From positions 11,346,001 to 11,410,000 of the forward strand of contig NC_135262.1 of the NCBI RefSeq assembly GCF_964204865.1: a stretch of 64,000 bases of DNA, in the 5' to 3' direction. Source of the DNA: Styela clava (taxonomy: Eukaryota). The notes under the pieces were generated by a model, which was not told the origin of the DNA, did not search any database, and was given only the letters and a program-made list of their open reading frames with translations. This document shows positions 26,001-38,700 of the stretch, piece after piece (position 1 is the first letter of the stretch; each line of letters starts with the position of its first letter). The position numbers were made by a program, and so were the translations under genes.

Positions 26001-28950
26001 TCGATTCGTAACTGCATCAGGTAAGATGACATGAGTTAACCTTTAACAAGTGGAAACAAATAAACCATGATCTATACTGGGGTGGTTGGTTGGTAATAGC
26101 CTTTGCTAGAACAAATCTGATTTTCATCTTTGACCTTGGTTGGTTTTGCGTGTAATAAACAAATCCAATTTATATCTTATCTGTTGATCACGTCAATAAG
26201 GGTGTTTTGTCAAATTAGCATCTGATCTTTTATCCTTGCACATTCTTGCGTGAAGCTCGTGATTTTACATGAGATTCATGGTGAATTCACAACCTACATA
26301 TGAGATAGGATTATTGTGGGGATTTTATTTATTCAAAGCCATGGTGCTCATTGGTGTTGTTTGGTGTCTATTTAACATATAATCTACCATCATTTTTGAG
26401 TTATAAAATGTGTATTCATATATGGTTTATGATAAACTGTCGTTTTCTTAATTCCTGTTTTATTTCGTGTTTTTCTTCGTGGGTCCTTGGTGACACGTTT
26501 ACAATTTCTGAGTTGGGCGCTAAATCAGACTGCATATCTTGAGGGAGATAGAGCTATGCCAACACATCGTTTCATTTTAATGGTGTTAAAACCAAAACAA
26601 CAATTTATACCATTTGTCTCTTCTCATTTTCATGCACGCTTGCTAACAATCTTGGTGTGGGTTTGCATTCTGCTATTTAGATTGCGCGGAATGCCATATT
26701 CGGCCACTGTCGAAGATATCATGCAATTTCTTGGTGATCTCAGTCTCGGAATTCTTCCCAACGGTATTCATATGGTGCTCAATCAGCAGGTAGGATTTGT
26801 GATACCGTTTGAGAAAAATTTGACTTTTATGAAGATTTGTTTCGATTTTATTTTTCTAAATAACGTAAAGAGCAATTTAACCATTTGTGAACCTGACTTG
26901 ATAAATGATTTGGATGAAATTATTATTATTTGGTGAATGGTGATCTGGGTGAAATTGGTGCGGACGACCTGTGAAGTAGGTGCGGACGTACTGGATTTCA
27001 AAAATTCAACAGCAAACGTCTGTTTTTATCGTGCAGGGACGACCTTCTGGAGATGCATTTATTCAAATGACGACCCCAGAAAATGCAGCTTTAGCCGCCC
27101 TTGACATTAGTAAAGGAGGCTGCCATAAAAAGCACATGAGGGAGCGTTACGTTGAAGTGTTTCAATGTTCTGGTGATGAGATGAATATGGTTCTTATGGG
27201 TGGCACTCTCAACAGAAATGGAGTACAGCCACCTCCTGGAATGAGTAAGAACTTCCGAAACTTTATGAAATAGTAGCCCGCGGCCATTTTATATTTCCTC
27301 TGGATAATTTCACTGTTGTTGAATGAAATAGTACAAACGTATTGTGTGAGACTAGTCTACTAAACGGTGCCGTATATTCGAAAACATTTTAATATATTTA
27401 TATAAAAATGCGATCGGTGGCGACCAAAAAGTTTACATAAAGTGCATTATGCTCTACTTGTGACAGTGTAACACAGTCCGAGCTATCTCCGCTCACGAAT
27501 TGTTAGTTTCGCTATAAATAATATGTGCCCCGGGGGTGTCGACAGAGGAAACTGTTAGACAGTTTAATATATTAGTTTGCATTTGCTCTCCAATATAGTC
27601 AAATAGACTTAATAGTTGGTACTTTTCAACTATTTTTGACATGTCCTCATAAATCCTAAAATAAAATATAAATTTCATTCTTTTCTTGCACCATACCACA
27701 AAATAACAAACTTGCAACAAAATAAACGTGATTCATGTTGAATTTTGTAGGTTTAGTTGTACCGGATCAAATATCAGTCCAGCGACCGCCAGTAACACCA
27801 CCTATTCCGTCTCCGTTCGGCCTTCCTGGTGCTCAGACGCTAATGGTTCAGCCATCACAGATTCCAATTGAAATGCTACATCCACAAGCTCAACTGCTGC
27901 CTGCCATGGCAGGGCGGCACATACTTGCCCAGGTAACTTTCTTTATTGAATATTGAAAGAGCTATGAATCGATTTGCCAAATAGTTGATGTTTCTGGTAC
28001 AAAAATCGACAGTTCAACTACTTTAGCACTCTTTATTAAATTTCCAGTTGTTCAGAATGAAAAATTACTACCTATATTTGTTATCCAAATTCATAATACG
28101 CCTACAAGTGGATTAAAATAATCATTAAATTGTGCAAAAAATCAAGTAACATAAATTTGTTTATCACATCACAGGTGATTGCATATTGCATTATTTTTTT
28201 CCAAAGTTTTTTCAAAGAATTTTATTCTACATTATGTCAACGGTAGACGCTCTAATCGTGTTTGTTTGTATCAATTTTTTCAGCCTACTCTCTTACCTTA
28301 TGCCGCTTACCTTCCCACACCACCGGTATCGCCATCCATCCCAGGATCTGCTGCAACAGTTCATACGTTAGCTGCTTCACCAGGATATCCTCATCAGTTT
28401 GCTATACCTCAACCTGCTCATCCATTAGGTATTCAAGTTAGAATGCAAGGTGTAACGTACAACCCCGGAATGTCTGACATCTTAACGTTATTTAAAGGAT
28501 ACAATGTAAGTTGATCATGCATGATTTGAGCTTTTATGTGCTGCGAGTATATATTTAAGGATACGTGGAAGTGACAAAGATAGAATTCCGCCTATCCAGA
28601 TTACCTGAATCAACCAGTCTACTTAATTGTGCGACACCCAATGCCGTTGGTTATCAGAATACTAAATGGCTTTTGTTGAAAAGTACGAGTTTGTTCATAT
28701 GTTTGAGATTTGTCTTTTGGCCAATTACACAGTTTCCGGGTTTTTGGTTTTTCAGTCCAATATCTTTATGCGTCCAAATCTTTTTCTATTATAACAGGGT
28801 CAACAACCTGGTCCTTTTTATGCTTCTGCCGCTGCTGCGAATGGTTGTCAATCTCCTCTAGTGGATGAAAAAGCTCAAGCTGTTGCGGCACAAGTCGCCG
28901 TTGGAAACGGAAACAGTCAAACAACTAACGATTGGACATGTATAATGTAA
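17078..28950 (+). CDS. ESRP1/2: Epithelial splicing regulatory protein (ESRP1/2, fusilli orthologue): DnaQ-like N-terminal domain + 3 qRRMs, 17 coding exons, ~795 aa
   Basis: Exons 17078-17224, 17809-17940, 18128-18273, 18667-18803, 20226-20324, 20444-20498, 20925-21035, 22888-23020, 23391-23528, 23780-23896, 24527-24616, 25812-26020, 26681-26789, 27037-27244, 27751-27932, 28284-28505, 28798-28950 (2388 nt, frame continuous). Signature motifs [128 protein letters not shown], and C-terminal DWTCIM (vertebrate EWVCI). Confidence 0.95.
18804..20225 (+). other. U12-type (minor spliceosome) GT-AG intron in ESRP
   Basis: Donor GTATCCTTT at 18804; branch site TTCCTTGAC at 20201-20209; AG at 20224-20225 with no polypyrimidine tract between. 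Splicing restores MLEY-LNI, aligning with vertebrate MTEYLNF. Confidence 0.9.
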
Positions 28951-30473
28951 ACCAACGCGACGCGTAATTGTTTCTAAATTTTATTCCTGTCTTTGCAATT
29001 TGTTCCCGACAAAGTTATCGTTCAAACTACGAACGACGAGCAGCGTGCCACGCCGCACGTCTGAAATGGACCACGAACCCAGAAACTATCTGTGTTCAAG
29101 CTGATTTTTACACTTGCGTGTATATAACCAAAATGAAGTTTCTTATGACAAAACTTTCGAATCAAATACGAATGAAATTTCGTTTTCTGCAGTGTTGTTT
29201 CTGCATAGTCTTTGCCTTGCGTTGAACGCCAAATGGCATTCACTCTCTGCCTTTTGAATTTTGATTTTCTTTATTGTATATATTTCAAATTTTATTTATT
29301 TCAAAAACAAATTTAAGATGTAAATTATCGTAATTTACTCACTTTTTTGTTGAATCGGATTAGTTTGATCATTACAGAGTTTTGAAAAATAAATACCTTG
29401 TGATAGTACTTCTGCATTGCGTGAGAAAATGTCCAGAAACGTTGTTAAATGCATTCGCTCTACTCGCTCTGGATAGCATTGTTTAAAAACATTGCAATGG
29501 GCGCCAGACTTTTAACACTGTGTAGTTCAAAAGCGCGTCTTGTAGGCACCAAAGCATTTAAATTTCAGGCGTTGACTGCTGCAAAACAAATCATATTTTT
29601 TTTTGTATGCATTTTTGTTGGCTATATATGCATATGGCATTGGCTGTATGTGCATGTGGCGTTTGCGCTGTATGTATACGAGTCGTCTGTTTATGCATGT
29701 GGCATATAATGTTGGCCTTTCTAAGCGCATCACCTAATGACTGACTGTATTAAGTTAGCTATGTACTAGAAATGTACCGATATACCGGTGTCTGGTGTCG
29801 GCCAATTTCTATATGTGTATGGGCGAAACAGAGACCGATATTTGCTATATATTTGGCTCTAGGATCTGATTCAGAATGGTTTGAAGATGAGTTAGTACAT
29901 GAATGTTGATAAGTGAAATGATTTTTTTGCTCTTGAGGTTGGTTAGAATGAAATATACTTTCGTTTATAGTAGAGCGGGGAAGGTCGGCATACGGGTAGA
30001 GATTGATACTTTTCCTCAAAGCCGCCGGTTGGCGACACCGTTCTGCAAATGCCGTTAAGTAGTGCGCTGCTTTGAGTAATATTCGTTTAGCCATTTCGTG
30101 GGCATGGTGCTTGGTGCGGTTTGTCAGTTGTGCTGCATTCCACGTGGCTTGGGTATTTTTGAAATGTAAAATAAAGCATTCAGTGGGGACGCGTTTTTCT
30201 TGGTGGCACTTTCTGGCTTTTTTCAACGCAGGAAATTACCCAATATTTGTCACCATCAGGGGCAGACCTGCCGTTATAGCCGACATGCCGTAGCTCCCGT
30301 TTTTTTTTTATTTTAAAATGTGAAATGATAAAGTTCTCACGTAACAGGTATGCATTGTGTCAACTTTTATAATTGTGGTAATTTTCCTTTTGTGATTGTT
30401 TGTCTGAAAACTAAATTGTTGCGTCATAGGAACAAGTCATGAGACGACTGCTGCTTCTTAGTGTGCCTGTTAG

Positions 30474-30715
30474 CAGTGATGGGATTGAGCCGGAATATAC
30501 AGCAATATAGACTATCCTCAACATCACCAAAAATTTCGATGCTAATTTTGACATAAAGATGATTACTTAACCATTATTTTGAAATGGTAATTAGGAAGTA
30601 ATTAAAAATAATCAGATTACTTGCTAAAAAATATGACTTTTTGTAACAGAACCGGCTAAAAAATATTGATTTTTTTAATGGAACCGGCTGACCAAAAATT
30701 TGAATCCCACCACTG
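30474..30715. mobile_element. hAT-type MITE, same family as 41589-41767
   Basis: Ends CAGTGATGGGATT / AATCCCACCACTG with internal aaccgg motifs. Confidence 0.7.
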
Positions 30716-30729
30716 AGTACAAGCTGTTC

Positions 30730-31265
30730 AAAATGTGGAAAACGGCATGTGTTTCGATCTGTTAAGAAGGCAATGGCATCAAAAAATGTCGGCCTAGTTC
30801 TATATTTCTAAGAAATGCGGAAGAGAATCTTATTAGGCTTATTTTTGAATTTTAAAGAAGATCATTTCCGATAACAGCCAATAGCATACGAAAACTGGCT
30901 TACAGCTTTGTTGTACGCAGTGGCATCAAGAACAATTTTGCAGAGAATGTCTGAAAAAGATTGGTTGGCTGAGTACAGATCTTGGCACCCTGACATTTTA
31001 ACAATAAATAAACCTCAGTCGCCGTCCACGAAAAGAGCAAACTTGAACAAACCGAATGCTCCGGGGTATTTTGACTTGCTAGAAAGCGTCATGAAGGACG
31101 TATGTCATTTTGATCAGCCCGACGGTCGGCGAACGACAGACGACGCCGAGTGGCTTAAGAGTTAAGAACAAAATGTATGTACTGGCCAAGTTTTAGGAGT
31201 ACTCGACGGAAGGTTTTCGAAATATAGTTATTTTCAATAAGGGGATCAATATTCCCCCGTCCTAC
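30730..31265 (+). mobile_element. Internally deleted pogo-like transposon relic
   Basis: KRANLNKPNAPGYFDLLESVMKDVCHFDQP and the 3' end ttcccccgtccta are shared with 53100-54110. Confidence 0.55.
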
Positions 31266-32195
31266 TTGAATCAAGTTTATAGTTTGATCAAATTCAGTCT
31301 TCTTCAGACGGTTTACAATAATGACCACGACAAGCAATTTACAACAATGACATTGGTCAGATGAAACGTTACAAAAATACATTGTGTTAGTGTGCAGCAG
31401 GACTCATGAATATTTTTATTTCTGCTACAGTATCCTTGCATTATACGCATACGGACCCACTAGCGCGAAGGCATTGAAGAAGGATTTGGTGTTAGTCTCG
31501 CGTAACCTCTATTGGTAGTTATTACGCAAATTATATGAATATAGGCGTCATTGATTATGGCGTCGCAATACATATAAAATTAACATGTTGCTACGGTGAA
31601 CCTCCGGCGTTAGGGTGCGAAATATAACGTTGTACCGGTACTAAATTTTTAACTCTGTACACTGGATTTATTAAAAACAAATGCCCCTGATTCTTACTTG
31701 TTTTGAGCTATTTATCAACCGACTTATCTCAATTATTTACGGTCATCTGTCCCAATCGAAGAAAATAGTTTTTCTCCAAATGGCTTACAAGGTAGAAGTC
31801 TGACATTTATTTCTATTTGACATCTATTTGAGATTACTAAATTCTATCTTAAATACGGATTGCGGTCGGTGGATATGGGGTAGAAGTTCCCAATATTCAA
31901 CACATCTTATATGTATGTTCACTATTGATTAAATTATTTTTGCTGGGTATTGTTGCTTCATCTATTATAAGAGATAAGAATACAAACAAGAATTTTGTTT
32001 GACATTAGCAGAATACTTCCTCCCCAATAAAACATGCCCCATCTTGCTCCTCGCGGGAATAAATATTATCGAGAACAAATAAACGCCAACAATTTCGTTG
32101 CGCAATCAGTCACGTTCTGTAATATGATTTATTAGACTTCACCACAAAGTCTCAGTTGCCAATAGGCAAACATATCCTGTATACATACATATATC

Positions 32196-34592
32196 TAGGC
32201 TTACCATACGTCCCGGTTTAGCCGGGACAGTCCCGGTTTTGACGAGCTGTCCCGGCCGGTTGACTCAAATGTCCCGGTTTGTCAGCACGACTGTCGTGGG
32301 TAAAAAATTCATATTCATTATTATTACTATTTTTTTTCAACGGTGGCAGTCCATTTACCATTGTTTGCGACACACTTCGCTAGTTCAGAGAGAGAGAAAT
32401 TGCTCTATTGTTATGTCACAATCGGTATATGTTTTACTATCACACTGCTATTCATGGCCAAAGTTTTGACTGCACCTCTAAATTAATTTTTCTTTAGCCT
32501 AAATTTGCGTTAACTTGTAAATATACACAGTTAGAATTTCTGATGTCCGCTGTCTGATAAGCGGATTCGCTGATTTTGCACGCTTAGCCAGAAATAAATG
32601 AGAGTCGGTGATTTTTAATTGCATTGCTCCGCTGTTCTCCTCTGAACCTAATGACGATTTACTTTAAACCAGTTTCGTATCAGTAACCTTCGATGCATCA
32701 AACAGAAAAAATTTAAAGCTTGTTCCAGTTGTGGTTCGTTATTTTTTACCTGATGTTGGTGTGAAGATAAAACTATTAGAATTCAAATCTTTACCCAGGG
32801 AAACCGCCAAAACTTTTACTGAAGACTTGCTCTCTGTTCTCGGAAAAGTTGTTGGATTCTGGGCGGATAACTGCAGCACCAACTTTGGAGGCGTAAAAGA
32901 CGAAAAACAAATAATGCTTTTTTTTCAAACTAAAAGAAATATAACCGGTATAGATTGTGCGGCTCATGTAGTTCAACACTGCACTGCGATGCCCTTTCCA
33001 ACATGCAGTAGATACTTTGCCTGTTTGTGTTGTTGTCAGAATGTATGATTATTTTTACATTCACACTGTCCGAGTAACAGAGCAGAAACCATTCTGCGAT
33101 TTTGTTGATATTGAATATCAACGGCTATTACAGCATGGCAACACTCGGTTTCTCCCTTTATTACCTGCTTTGCAAAGAATTACGGAAATGTTTGAAAGCT
33201 TGATAAGTTATTCAAATTCTCAAGAAGGATGTCCTACTCTTATGCTTAAATGTTCCACATACGAACTTCACTTGAAATTTGTCCTTTGCCAGCTCACCTA
33301 CTTCAGCAAAATTATTTTAATTTTGGAAAAAGATAATAGTAATGCCTTAGATCAGGGGTCGGCAACCTACAGCCAGCCCCCGAGCCGGATCCGGCCCGCA
33401 GAGTATTATAATCCGGCTCGTGACGCTTCACTGAATTATAGTAACAAAACAGCCGTTTTGACGATTATATTTTTTGAACTAAATCATATTATAACCTTAC
33501 AAGTATATAATTCACAATTACTCGTTTAATGAGCCTTTAATTTAATTATAATTAGACAAATGGCAACAAAACGCAGAAAAGTTGATGCTAAGTGCAAATT
33601 CAATGGCGCTGAAAATATTCAAATGGAATTTTTTGAGATGCAATGAAGAAAAAAATCTATATTCTATTCGAGCTTTCTAAAAATATGTGCGGCCCGCCAA
33701 TGACTCGCAACCCTTAATTTTGGCCCGCGATCGACAAAAGGTTGCCGATCCCTGTCGTAGATGTCAAAGGTGAAGCTAAATTTGAAAGAAAAAGGGTAAA
33801 GTCTGGTAATTCCGTCGCAATCGCTTGTACTTCTGAAATCCTTGGAACGCTCTAGCTAAATCGACGTAATGTTTGCGATTTTTACGAGAAATGTCTATCG
33901 TAGCTGCATGAGGAAGCCTACAATGCTGTCAGGCCAAACATATGGACAAATTTGAAGGGTGAAATAAACTGGACTGAAGTGATTGGTCTTCAAAATTGAT
34001 AAATGATATATATGTTTGGTTGGCTAGTCAGATTTTGAATAGCGATGCACTTTTCGACAAATACCGATGAAGAGATATTTATCTGAGCATGGTTCAAATG
34101 CAATTTGGCTTACTTTGCCGGTTGAAATTAAGTGGACAGAGATGTTTAACGTTTTTTCTAACAGAAATATTAGCATTTCGAATTTGCAGAAACTCGTAGA
34201 TTTTGTTTGCCGGAACATCGGCATCTGTTGAACGGATTTTCTCCATAGTTAAAATTTTTTGATCCGAAAGCAGGTTCAGAATGCCAGAAGAATATATAAA
34301 AGCACTCGTGACATGCAAATTTAATGGTGATGTCTCTTGTTATCAGTTTTATGGAAAAATCAGAACATGAATTTTTGAGAAGGGTTCCATCTGCGGACAA
34401 TACTTTTGGTCTAAATAAATAATACTCGTACAAACTATTTTTTTGTGTTTTTCCTAATTCAATGATCAGTAGAAATTTACAGCCGTATATACCCTTAATG
34501 ACATGGTAGACGTTTCAATATTACAAAGACTGGCCGAATGTTTGCCATATCGCACAGTCCCGGTTTTTTGTTTCAGATTTATGGTAAGCCTA
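32196..34592 (+). mobile_element. Decayed hAT transposon (Blackjack-like) with transposase remnants
   Basis: TIR TAGGCTTACCATA / TATGGTAAGCCTA with 8-bp TSD CATATATC and subterminal GTCCCGG repeats. Frameshifted transposase motifs DASNRKNLKLVPVVVRYF, ADNCSTNFGG, HGNTRFLPLLPALQRI, SASVERIFS. Confidence 0.9.
33353..33754. mobile_element. Charlie-like hAT MITE nested in the Blackjack-like transposase
   Basis: TIR CAGGGGTCGGCAACCT / AGGTTGCCGATCCCTG; related to 45588-46081. Confidence 0.8.
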
Positions 34593-34620
34593 CATATATC
34601 TTATGGTGATATGTTTGATC

Positions 34621-34827
34621 GGTGACCGTACATTTGAACCAATGTACATTTGAACCCATGCGTATATCCACGGGTTCGTTCAATCTATATGCGGGTGCTA
34701 AAACCCATGGGTTAGGGTTAGTATGGGTTTAACTATCCGTGAAACAAAAAAAATTCCATAGGTGCAATAGCATACAGGTGCAATTGTCATGGGTTCAAAT
34801 GTACGTGGGTTCAAATGTAATGGAACC
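34621..34827. mobile_element. Short MITE with 8-9 bp TSD, copy 2
   Basis: Same ends as 16178-16348; 8-bp TSD GTTTGATC. Confidence 0.8.
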
Positions 34828-35728
34828 GTTTGATCATCACACGCAAAATAAATCAATGTAATTTTAATATATATATCCGCATACTACTATAAATTATGTG
34901 TCTTATAACAACTGTCAGAGATAAAGCTGACGCAGAGAATATTACCATACTAATTGAAAACAGCCTGAAAGCTGACGTAAAAAAAGGTGAGAGACGTGAG
35001 AGTTAGTTTAAATTCTTTGTTTTACAAAATATCTTTATCATTCTCCAAAATGGCATGGGCTTTGATATAACTCATAATCGTGATCGATCAAAAATAATGA
35101 ATTATCCGAAGTAATTTGAACTTTTTCATCTTACAAAACAAAAACTATAGAATTGCATTTATAATATGTGATGGATAGGCAAACATTAGCGTTATAAGTC
35201 AGTACATTATTGTCTTTCAAATTCTGCCAATGATGCTATATAGCATACCTTTAGCGGTCAAATTGTTTGCTTTGTTAAATTGACTCCATACCGTTACAAA
35301 CAAATATTTGTTCCTATTAGATTACGTAAAGGAATGGGTTAAATGACATATTGACTTATTAGTATAAGATTGACGGAATAAAATCTTAAGGCTCTAAATT
35401 TCTCGATAATTGCTTGTATTGCTTTTATATTTTAGCATAAATTATTGAGAGAGGAAACTAAGCTTCAGTTGTAATGTGCAAAAGATTAATATCGGAATAA
35501 ACATTGTTCAGAAGTTAAGATGTATTCTACTTGAAATAAATGACAGCGGAGGCATTAGGCTTAGCAGCCTAATTATTAAAACAAAAGTTTTTTAAAACAG
35601 AGTTTAGGAATTGAGCAGTAACAAGTTATCTTTCACGTTTATTGATTGAAGTTGAGCAGAAAATACTTCAAATGCAAAACAAATTCAACTCAAAACTGTG
35701 AATCAGTGGCCTGATACTGAAGATTATT

Positions 35729-38700
35729 ATGTCGTCGTATTACATTTATATTTTAATAAACTTGTACGTTTTGTTTCAAACTGGAGTCATGAAGAGAAGT
35801 AAGTGTTATTTAACAAACTCGAAACTACTTATATTTTCTAAAATATAGTAACCTAGATTAGTGTACAGGTATTTAAATTAAAGTCAAAACTGTCAAAAAT
35901 AAAAACTTTTTTGCTGATTGATTCCATAATTGTGTCGGTATACCCACATAAACAAGTATGCATTTAACCGAGAGTATTGATTCTTAACTTTGGCGGGTCT
36001 GCCAAACCACGCTATTGTAAAAGCTTCCTTTGAACCCCATTCAACGGTTGAAATTAGGAGCGCTATTAGAACTTCACAATAGAGAAGATAATTTTATGCA
36101 TGGTTGTAAAAAATGATCATTACATTAGATACCAATATGTAGAGTGGAAATAGTCATTGTCGTATTTCAGTGGTACTGGTAGCAATAATCTTTTATTGTA
36201 TAAAAATTGCTCATTGGAAATCGGGAAGATGATATTATTCCTCGAAAATGTTCGTAGCTCAGTCGTTTCTCAAACTTCAAGCTGCATTCGAATGCGGATT
36301 AAAGCGTTTTTGTGGATTTTTGTCAGATTTGACATAGTCTACTCAATGACTTATTATTATTTAGAGTTTTGTGGTTTTTGCGCATAGAGCGTTATTTTGA
36401 GGCCGTCCAGAACGGATGATAACTTAGAAGAGCTCTAATGAAATATTCGTTGCTACAAATGTATTACTTGGTGAAAGTAAAAACGTCTTGATCCCATATC
36501 AATGTATACACTTCTTTCCTACAATCAACCTGTTCGTAAAACTGAGCTACAATTTATTAGTAAATTAAGAATGAGGTGTTGCGCACGCAATACCTTAAAA
36601 CCCCAAGGTTCGTCATACCAACCTAAGGTATTTCCAACTTATTTTGTATTCGGGGTTTATGGCATATGTGTAGTGATAATTACAAGTTTCTACTTACTTC
36701 AAAATTTTCTTTACCCATCAAAAATGTTGATTATATCATAAAATAATTTTAAGTGTTTAATCCCTTGAAAAAGGAGGACATTTTAACCTTGAAGGGCGTC
36801 CTCGGAGGACATAACATTTTTAACAAAAAAGGAGGACAAATCTTCCAAAAGGAGGTAGTATGGTCACCCCACGATCACACAGCTAATTTTATTTATTGAC
36901 ACATGCAACACCAAAATTCACAATCATTTTTATTCGAGATATGATGAATGCACATGCAAAATTTGGAGCAGATTCGACCTCGTTTTCGTGAGATATCGCG
37001 TGCATCTAACAGACAAACAAACAGAATATGCAAATTTAAATGAGGATGAACATATATATTAAATACAAATTTCGATTATATATCATGGAAATATTTTTAA
37101 CAAATTTTATGTTTAAAAATACCTAAATTATAAATGAGTGTAAAAAACGAAAACCTCCTTTTCCAGGTGAAAATTCTTTCGCGACGCCTGAATGCGGATA
37201 CTACAAACTAGGATGCCCGGTCTCTTATTCCTGTCAAGTTCTTGGCAGACCAGGCGATTACTACTGTTGTAAAACTGGCACTTGTTGTGAATTTTCAGAA
37301 TGTATAAACTCAGGTAACGAATTTTGGGGCATAGACGTGAAAAATACTTACCCAAGGTCATTTTTCCTCTTCTACATGAACAGGCAAGAGAATACAAGTG
37401 AAAATCGGGAGTTATCTAGAAAATTATTTGTTACACTCGTTCAAAATTTGAATTTAACTACGTCCCAATGTAACCTTTTTCGCCGATACCGATATCGTTG
37501 AAAATGTCAAAAGAACGACATGCTGATTTTTTTTGTCGATGGATAAGTAATAATTAACGCAAGTTTAGGCATTGCTAAATCTCTCGATTCTAAACATTTC
37601 GACAAACTATAAGCTAAAAATCAAAAAAATGAGTGATGTTAGAGGTAAAAATGAACCTTAGTGAACCCAGAAAAGATATGCGATTTCAATCGGAGTATAT
37701 AAAGTTTGAGTAACATTTCTATCTTCTAATAAAATCCGAGAACGATTGCTCTAACAGTTGAGGGTAACAGTTTTTGGTCGTCGACAACATGAATACTAAT
37801 TACAGTTTAGCAGGACTTTTTACGAGTCGACTTCGTGTCGAGTCGAACAGTGAAATAATTGTACTTATATTTTTGTTTTCTGTAAAATGAATTTTAAATC
37901 ACGGACGCTGCGATGCGCAAAGCAAACAAGAGAAAGTTTCGGTACTCCCGTAGTGTGTGTACCAGGTTAAGGTTGGGCATTAATTTTATTCCGATTTTTC
38001 CTATTTTATTTCTAATACGAGTTCGGAGACTGTCTGTTTTAGCCAAGTGAATATACCCCCTGCCCATAGGTTTCGGTCCCTTTACACATGTTGATGTAAA
38101 GTAGGCGAACTAAATTAGTTGCCTCCATATTGTCACACACACATTTAGAACGCCAAAGTTTCTTTATTATATGGACAGTAACAGCTAAATAGCCTAATAC
38201 CTTCTGTAATAGCTTATCTCATTACAGACATTAATTGTTATGGAGTGGTTTGTGACGACTACAACACGTGCTGCCGCGATATATCATATGGCAGTTGCTG
38301 TTCGAATCTGGAGGGTCAAGGTATAGAAATCATTTACATGTTTGCATAAATACATACAATTTACTTGTATTTATAAATATACTTTTATTTTATTATTAAC
38401 ATTTGTAACTGATTAAATGTTTACTTTCAATAGAATATAGATTTAATTTTTAAAATCGATTTTCCGTAATATTCAATATATATATAAAACTATTATATAG
38501 TCATAGTTCTGTGTAAGCTACATTTGAATAAAGTTTAGAAATGAAAATTAAATGATTATCATTATATAACATATTAATAAATTAACGTGGATATCACATA
38601 TATATGTATTTATGAGTACTTCATTATAGGAAATTTTATAGTTAAACGATCGATTGACTATTCATATAAAATACAGTATAATTAAACTTGACTATATTAC

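Noticed and set aside
28936-28950. C-terminal WTCIM of ESRP as a CaaX prenylation signal
   Set aside because: The Cys is third from the end, not fourth; it matches the conserved ESRP WxCI ending.
31146-31162. gccgagtggcttaag resembling a tRNA A-box (also at ~53983)
   Set aside because: No B-box or cloverleaf follows; it lies inside the pogo-like relic.
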